Shown here in pieces: positions 46,915 through 52,773 of a stretch of 52,773 nucleotides of DNA (positions are counted from its first letter, which is position 1; each line of letters starts with the position of its first letter). A program made the position numbers and the translations under genes. The notes beneath the pieces are model-generated. The model searched no databases and had not been told where the DNA came from. It worked only from the letters and a program-made list of their open reading frames with translations. This DNA is from a virus (taxonomy: Duplodnaviria > Caudoviricetes), in the IMG/VR virus record IMGVR_UViG_3300044675_003531, positions 1 through 52,773 of that record; one strand, written 5' to 3'.

Positions 46915-48252
46915 ATGGCAAGAGATTACGAACTCCGGCTGTCGTTTAGTGATGTTACAGCAGCGACTAACATCTCGGCAGTTGTGAATGACTTGAGTGC
47001 TACCAACCGAACTGGCCTTGTTACTTTGACAAGTACTGCAAACCAGTGGGCTGTTGGTTTTTCAGATGCACTAAACTTTACTCACTTCCGCAACCAGATT
47101 GCTGACACCACTAACTTGGTTAGTGGAACAGTAACGAGTGCGATTGTAAACGACCCTGCGCTAAACAACAGTACGTCGCAAGCCAACTATTACCTGCGTG
47201 CGTCTGTATCGCCCGTAGGTTTTGTAGGCCCAGAACCCTGCCAGTTTATTGTTCAGGGTGGAAATGACGTAGGAACTGGAGCCGCACCAGCACAAACTTC
47301 ATCCTCGTTATGGTCGCAGATTTCAGGTGTATCAACCTGTCCTGCAACTTGTACGGCGCAGTCTGTTGGGTATACGGGTGTGTCTCCAACTGTTGCAACT
47401 GTAACAGCAGGTGCTGCACCACCAACTGGTTCCCTTGTAATGTTTACGGGACTTGGTGCAGGTACTGGCCCAGCACTTCGCGTACCGTATGTGGTTATTC
47501 AAACGGGTGCAACTACATATACATTGAGTAGTACGTTTGGTAGCAATACTGCTGTCAATGCTACTGGTGCTGGTACAGCCGCGACAACACTTGTAGGCAC
47601 TAACGCATCAAGGCTTACAGCCGTAAGCCTCAATGATGCAGCAGACCGTATTGCATTTGCAGAACCGGTTCAGGTTGGTGACACTATCATGTTGGGAGCC
47701 GCAGGTTCTATTACAGGACTTACGGTTGGCGTGGTGTATTACGTTACTTCAGTTACAACTGATGGTGCTACGATTGCTACAACTTCGGGTGGAACAACAG
47801 TAGCCGTTGCTGGAACTGTAACGAGTTCGTTCTGGGGCAAGATTGACTTCAATAACTTGAATGCTGTATTCGCTGCCTCTGGTACCAGCACAACGATTAC
47901 AACAAGTGCGCCACACAACCTTACGGTTGGACAGGTTGTTGTACCTAGTGCAGCGGCAGCGGCTGGTGGACTGACAAACGGAGTTGCTTACTATGTCATT
48001 GCAACGCCAACGCCAACAACCTTGCAGGTTGCTACAACCATCAATGGAACGGCTGTTGCCATTACAGCAGCAACTAACCCATTGTTTGTAGGTCGTCCAC
48101 CAAAGATTGCCAATGCGCCTGTTGTTGCTACAACTCGTCCATGGGTAAGAATGGGCGTACAGCAGTTGAACGGCGCGGCAGCACAAGATGGTTACATCGT
48201 TGTGTATGGCGCAGAGTTCTCGATGGGTAAAGACAGCGCGGCGGTATCGTAA
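46915..48252 (+). CDS. Putative decoration protein 2 (paralog of the previous gene)
   Basis: Shares MARD, NDPAL, QISG, PWVR and MGxDxAAV with the previous gene. Confidence 0.6.
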   Translation: MARDYELRLSFSDVTAATNISAVVNDLSATNRTGLVTLTSTANQWAVGFSDALNFTHFRNQIADTTNLVSGTVTSAIVNDPALNNSTSQANYYLRASVSPVGFVGPEPCQFIVQGGNDVGTGAAPAQTSSSLWSQISGVSTCPATCTAQSVGYTGVSPTVATVTAGAAPPTGSLVMFTGLGAGTGPALRVPYVVIQTGATTYTLSSTFGSNTAVNATGAGTAATTLVGTNASRLTAVSLNDAADRIAFAEPVQVGDTIMLGAAGSITGLTVGVVYYVTSVTTDGATIATTSGGTTVAVAGTVTSSFWGKIDFNNLNAVFAASGTSTTITTSAPHNLTVGQVVVPSAAAAAGGLTNGVAYYVIATPTPTTLQVATTINGTAVAITAATNPLFVGRPPKIANAPVVATTRPWVRMGVQQLNGAAAQDGYIVVYGAEFSMGKDSAAVS

Positions 48253-48902
48253 TGACAAGAGCGCAACTCAAGCAACGTATACGGGTCCTTGGCGGACATC
48301 TCTTCAATGGGATGGCCGACCAAGACCCGTTTGGCTTGGACTTGCTCTTAATTGAAATGGCTAACCAGATAGCACGGTCTACCGACTGTCTGGTTGGCAG
48401 ACGATACTTAGACACTGTTGCTAATCAAGACGAGTACTGTGCCCCGGACATCTATAAGATACGGGGCATTTACTTCTTAGAGGGCAGTGACTATAACCGA
48501 GTAAGACAAGTCAACTGGTCCGCACGAATCTTTGATAGCCAGCGAAACAATACAACAGCATCAGTCCCAGACATTGTGGCTGTATATGGCATGAACCGCA
48601 TACGATTTAAACCTGCACCCGATTCTGTAATCACCAGTGGAGTCATGCTGGAAGGGTTTATGCAACCGGGCGATATCTGGCAGTACAACTCATCTGGCAC
48701 TATAGACACATCCGTAGCAGCAGAAGACCACGAGTGCCCGTTACCTAACGTAGCACACGACTGTTTAGTTTATGCAGTTCTTATGACTCGCTCTGTGCAG
48801 ATGCGAGACCAAGCAGGCATACAACTCTATTCAGCGGAATACCAGCGCAGGTTGGGCGACGTGGAGGCCTACGCGGCCATGTATCACACAAGGGCAGTGT
48901 AA
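48252..48902 (+). CDS. Head-tail adaptor-like protein
   Basis: MTRAQLK...NQIAR...EY...P...HDCLVYAVL pattern; position. Confidence 0.65.
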   Translation: MTRAQLKQRIRVLGGHLFNGMADQDPFGLDLLLIEMANQIARSTDCLVGRRYLDTVANQDEYCAPDIYKIRGIYFLEGSDYNRVRQVNWSARIFDSQRNNTTASVPDIVAVYGMNRIRFKPAPDSVITSGVMLEGFMQPGDIWQYNSSGTIDTSVAAEDHECPLPNVAHDCLVYAVLMTRSVQMRDQAGIQLYSAEYQRRLGDVEAYAAMYHTRAV

Positions 48903-49648
48903 TGGCAACTCTAGTAAACCTGCGTAACGACACTCTTATACTTCTGAATGAAATCGGAACAGTCGCAACAAACGTTATTGGCTCACTGCCTGTCAGCACA
49001 GGCGGGTCAGAGATTGTTACCACCGAGACCACTATCGACCAGTACATCAATGAAGCAGCGGCTGAGATGGCTAGGTCATGCGTCTACATTCCTGTGTCCG
49101 GGACTAAATCAGCACACACGGGTTCAGTAGTTGACTTGTCTGGCTTAACAACAAATACAACTATCTGGTTCCCAATGAGTGTGTCGGTAGGCTCTTCATT
49201 CTTGCAACACACATCGGATACAAGACTCCGTGCATGGCAGCCAAACTTTGAAACATTTACCGGTACGTTTACGTTGCCAAATGGTGCGTCTACTGCCTCA
49301 CCAACCTACTGGTATAAACGCCAGTCGCAAACAATTGGTATCTTCCCAACAGTTGCTACCTCGTCTACAATAACCGTTTATGGGGCTGGATTACCTCCAA
49401 CAATCACAACGTCTGTTGATGCTGTGTTTGCTCCAGACGACATACTTCGTAACGCATTACCTGTGTACGCAGCATTTAAACTTGCTATGAAGAATATTGA
49501 CGACCCGTCGTTAGCCGCACGAGTACAACTCTGGCAACAATGGTGGTTCGACACTAAGCAGTCACTTTGGAATCAGTTAGATTCATCGCTTAAAATGGAT
49601 GGAAGTCCATATCAAACGCCTCCGGTTGCACCCCCGGCGGTGAAGTAG
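48902..49648 (+). CDS. Second head-tail adaptor-like protein
   Basis: TLVNLR...YINEAAAEMAR...PTYWY...IGIFP...LPVYAAFK. Confidence 0.65.
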   Translation: MATLVNLRNDTLILLNEIGTVATNVIGSLPVSTGGSEIVTTETTIDQYINEAAAEMARSCVYIPVSGTKSAHTGSVVDLSGLTTNTTIWFPMSVSVGSSFLQHTSDTRLRAWQPNFETFTGTFTLPNGASTASPTYWYKRQSQTIGIFPTVATSSTITVYGAGLPPTITTSVDAVFAPDDILRNALPVYAAFKLAMKNIDDPSLAARVQLWQQWWFDTKQSLWNQLDSSLKMDGSPYQTPPVAPPAVK

Positions 49649-49650
49649 AG

Positions 49651-49887
49651 GTGAATATGCAGATTAATCCAGACTGGTTCTCAGCCGGTATACAGATATT
49701 AGTTACGCTTACAAGCATTGCCGCAGGATACACAGCCCTAATCGTTAGGCTTGTAAAGATAGAAACATCGTTAGTCAACATACTTGATAGCCTCATATCG
49801 CAGGGTAGTGAAGTCAGACGTATAGAAGAACGGCTAGGGAAACTTGAAAGCCGTGTAGCCAAGATAGAAGGAAGCCTAGAACGATGA
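49651..49887 (+). CDS. TM plus coiled-coil protein (holin/XhlA-like)
   Basis: One TM followed by IEERLGKLESRVAKIE. Confidence 0.5.
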   Translation: MNMQINPDWFSAGIQILVTLTSIAAGYTALIVRLVKIETSLVNILDSLISQGSEVRRIEERLGKLESRVAKIEGSLER

Positions 49888-50135
49888 ATACGATTAGCAT
49901 TAAAAGACTCGCAGTGGTTGTGCTTGTAGCCTTTATCGCCGCTTTTAGTTCTGTGTTCGGCGATGGAGTACGCACCGCTGAAGCCAAAGATATATCTGAA
50001 CTCGGCGCAGTGCTGGCACTCTACGGGAGCAAGGCGGTAGCGGCTGGGGTCTCCGCTGCGGTGAGTTCTGTGCTGGCGTTCCTCACGATGCCGTTCAAGG
50101 GTGTAGGGGCGAACAGTTTGAAGGTGGGCAAATGA
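49884..50135 (+). CDS. Putative holin
   Basis: Small protein with two hydrophobic segments and a basic C-terminus. Confidence 0.55.
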   Translation: MNTISIKRLAVVVLVAFIAAFSSVFGDGVRTAEAKDISELGAVLALYGSKAVAAGVSAAVSSVLAFLTMPFKGVGANSLKVGK

Positions 50136-50359
50136 CGCTTCAAAATGTACGCATCGAAAAGGAGCCTGCACCATCGACAGACTGGCGTGTATACGGTGAC
50201 ATCCAAGATGACTACGGAAATCCACTCGGAGACTTTGGAGTGGATGGAACATCTGTAAACCAGTGGTGGGTTACTCAGGATGAAGTATTCCAGTCGAATA
50301 TCGTGTCTATGTTTCAGGTGATTATGGCAACGCAGATTGTTTCAGGAGACGCTGAATAA
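50132..50359 (+). CDS. Small tail-associated protein, copy 1
   Basis: Paralog of 52017..52238 (FGVDGTSVNxWW). Confidence 0.65.
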   Translation: MTLQNVRIEKEPAPSTDWRVYGDIQDDYGNPLGDFGVDGTSVNQWWVTQDEVFQSNIVSMFQVIMATQIVSGDAE

Positions 50360-52020
50360 TGGCGATTTATTATGTTCGCCCAGACGGCAATGACTCGAAT
50401 ACTGGTTTGGGTTCATCTGCCGGACAAGCGTGGTTAACAATTACTAAAGCAATGGGAGCCACCGGCATTACTTCTGGTGATACCGTTTACGTTGCTCCCG
50501 GTACTTATCGTTCCGCTACAGGATTCACGATTGCAACGGCGTACACTTCCGCTACGCAAATGCTTGCTGACCCTACTGGCGCACAGTTTAGTGGTATACC
50601 TGCTGGTCCTGTTCGATTGTCTGTATTTACACCAACCGATACATCTGCTGGTACTAGTGCAACGGTTCTAAGTGGTACGACAGATAACCTAACAATTAGT
50701 GGTTTTGAGATTTATGCTTTTACTGGAAGCGGTATCAACTTAACTGGAAGTTTAAGCATTGTAATTAATAAATGTGTTTGTTTCGGTCAGATGGTAGGAG
50801 CATCCTACGGTATTAGAGTTCTAGCAAATGTAGCAAATACAATAGGAACAAAAATACAAATTCACAATAATATTGTGTTTGGATTTGGTTTTGGGATAGT
50901 AATAAGACCACCTGTTACGGCTATTTATGTGGATACATATGAATGCCTCTTGGTTGGTCAGTCAGTAGATGGAATTACCATTAGCAATGATGCTAATTTT
51001 GCATTAGCCGTATACATCGTTGTTCACAATTGCTATAACAATACAATTTTATGTCCAGTCGGCAATGGTATAAGTAGTTGTGCAACTGGCACAAATAATA
51101 TTTTTAATAACTTAGTTTGCAACGCAGCAATCGGGTTACGAAATTTTGTTTCAGTAAATGGAAGTTACAACAGAATCATAAACTGTACAGTAACGACTTC
51201 GGGTACTGGATTTTCATTAAACCAAAGTTCAGGTATACCCGGCATCGATATCGGGCAAGGATTATTGCATAGTCTTGCAAGTCTTCAATTTGCTGGTTCA
51301 TTTTTTGGGTCACCAAATACATCATTTGGTACGACTGGACTAAATACCACCGACTTATTTGGAGTGACGTATTCTGGAGCAACGCCGGACGCTGGAGCAA
51401 TTACATACAGGTCTCTTGCAACACTTACTCCAACCTATCAACCAACCGATAGACAAGCATCCGCCATCACCATCGCTCCAGCCTCAACCTCCCAAAGCAT
51501 CGAACTCTACCTTGGTGCTACAGGGCTAACCTTTGCTACCTCCGGTCTAGCCGCTTACTACGTCCGCAATCAAAGCGCACCGGTGGCTATAACGCTGGTC
51601 ACGCAGACAGCAACAGGCGCGTGGACATCAGGTGGCTTTGCTGAGATTGATTCCTCCCTCGTGCCGGGCGTGTATCGTTTGGATGTTCCTGATGCGGCAT
51701 TTGCCGCTGGTGCATCAGATGTCACGATAGTGGTCAGAGGTGCTTCTGGTACAAATGGAGCAGTCTTGACCGTTACACTTTCAAGTGGTGGCTTGACGGC
51801 AGCGCAGACAGCAGACGCTATTCTCAACCGTAAGTTAGACAGTTCAGGTGACGGTACTGACACACTGAACGAACGTACCGTTCGTAGTGCATTGCGAGCA
51901 ATGCGTAATAAAGTATCTGTAGGTACAGGCACAATGAGTGTATACAAAGAGGATGACTCAGCGGTAGCGTGGACTGGTTCGTTGTCTAACACTGCTGATG
52001 TAACGGTAGACCCATCATGA
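50359..52020 (+). CDS. Tail spike/fibre with a right-handed beta-helix (pectin-lyase-like)
   Basis: YYVRPDGNDSNTG...AWLTITKA...GDTVYVAPGTYR followed by N/I/G-rich repeats. Confidence 0.8.
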   Translation: MAIYYVRPDGNDSNTGLGSSAGQAWLTITKAMGATGITSGDTVYVAPGTYRSATGFTIATAYTSATQMLADPTGAQFSGIPAGPVRLSVFTPTDTSAGTSATVLSGTTDNLTISGFEIYAFTGSGINLTGSLSIVINKCVCFGQMVGASYGIRVLANVANTIGTKIQIHNNIVFGFGFGIVIRPPVTAIYVDTYECLLVGQSVDGITISNDANFALAVYIVVHNCYNNTILCPVGNGISSCATGTNNIFNNLVCNAAIGLRNFVSVNGSYNRIINCTVTTSGTGFSLNQSSGIPGIDIGQGLLHSLASLQFAGSFFGSPNTSFGTTGLNTTDLFGVTYSGATPDAGAITYRSLATLTPTYQPTDRQASAITIAPASTSQSIELYLGATGLTFATSGLAAYYVRNQSAPVAITLVTQTATGAWTSGGFAEIDSSLVPGVYRLDVPDAAFAAGASDVTIVVRGASGTNGAVLTVTLSSGGLTAAQTADAILNRKLDSSGDGTDTLNERTVRSALRAMRNKVSVGTGTMSVYKEDDSAVAWTGSLSNTADVTVDPS

Positions 52021-52238
52021 ATCTAGTCAACGTAGAGATTACTCGGATTACTCAACCTGTGCCTGACTGGAACGTCAAAGGTGACGTTGTAGATGATGCA
52101 GGCAATGTGCTTAGTACGTTTGGTGTGGATGGTACATCTGTGAACAACTGGTGGAACAGCCAGAGTCAAGAGTTTCAAATTCAGTATGTAAGTATCTTTA
52201 TGTCAATTATGGCACAGCAATCGGTGGGTGCTGAGTAA
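52017..52238 (+). CDS. Small tail-associated protein, copy 2
   Basis: Paralog of 50132..50359. Confidence 0.65.
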   Translation: MNLVNVEITRITQPVPDWNVKGDVVDDAGNVLSTFGVDGTSVNNWWNSQSQEFQIQYVSIFMSIMAQQSVGAE

Positions 52239-52773
52239 TGGCAACATACTACGTCAAAACAACTGGAAATAATGCATCTGCTGGTACATCTACTGGTACA
52301 GCGTGGCAGACCATAAACTATGCCCTTGGTGCTACTTCTGGTGTAGCCGCTGGTGACACTATCTATATAGCCGCTGGTGTCTATCGTGAGATTGTTACAG
52401 TTGGCATGACTACATCGCCATCAACGACTAACATTATTGGTGACACAGATGGTTCTATCTTTGGCACTGCTGGTGAAGTTAGACTTACCGCATTCCTGAC
52501 AAACGATGACACCGCTGGTTCCGCTAGTGACACGTTAGGGATGACGGCTAAGACATACTTGTCATTTAAAAACCTACGGATTGAAGGTTACACTGGATAC
52601 GGTGTTCGTGTGCAGGGCGCAAGTACAAATCTTACTTTTGATAAATGCCACATAACTTCAACTGGTAGTAACGCCGCTTTACGGCTTGATATCACAACAG
52701 GTATTACGGCAAATCACGTTATAAAAAACTGCATACTGATTGCTAGAGCAAACACATTGCAAGTTGCACCTGT
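52238..52773 (+). CDS. Second beta-helix tail spike, 3'-truncated
   Basis: MATYYVKTTGNNASAGTSTGTAWQTINYALG...GDTIYIAAGVYRE; the frame is open to the window end. Confidence 0.8.
   Translation, partial: MATYYVKTTGNNASAGTSTGTAWQTINYALGATSGVAAGDTIYIAAGVYREIVTVGMTTSPSTTNIIGDTDGSIFGTAGEVRLTAFLTNDDTAGSASDTLGMTAKTYLSFKNLRIEGYTGYGVRVQGASTNLTFDKCHITSTGSNAALRLDITTGITANHVIKNCILIARANTLQVAP

Noticed and set aside
50359-52773. Diversity-generating retroelement acting on the tail spikes
   Set aside because: No reverse transcriptase and no TR/VR pair with adenine-specific mismatches in the window.
1-52773. Host assignment and lifestyle
   Set aside because: No host genes, att site or integrase are visible, and the heterogeneous GC content makes composition uninformative.

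Overview
Part of a tailed dsDNA phage genome (Caudoviricetes; probably podovirus-like, since it has a P22-type portal, head-tail adaptors and giant internal-virion proteins, and no tape measure is visible). There are three blocks. (1) 1-18.4 kb, + strand: internal-virion/ejection genes, dominated by a 5539-aa polyvalent protein with HExxH peptidase, glycosylase-like, GrpE-like and N4BP2-type polynucleotide-kinase domains. (2) 18.4-31.4 kb, - strand: a replication/recombination module (initiator with internal iterons, helicase loader, LmbU-like, Gam-like, annealase, VRR-NUC) preceded by a very GC-rich array of small early genes, each flanked by a repeated stem-loop/GCACTGACCCC/RBS element. (3) After a repeat-rich divergent region at 31.4-32.2 kb, + strand: accessory, lysis, packaging, head and tail genes. 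The best hidden features are two clear type II hammerhead ribozymes between early genes, a third hammerhead core inside a large structured 5' leader, a second non-coding inverted copy of the initiator-gene origin about 16 kb away, and a smooth position-dependent GC gradient. No integrase, DNA polymerase, tRNA or CRISPR array was seen. All calls are by eye; no searches were run.
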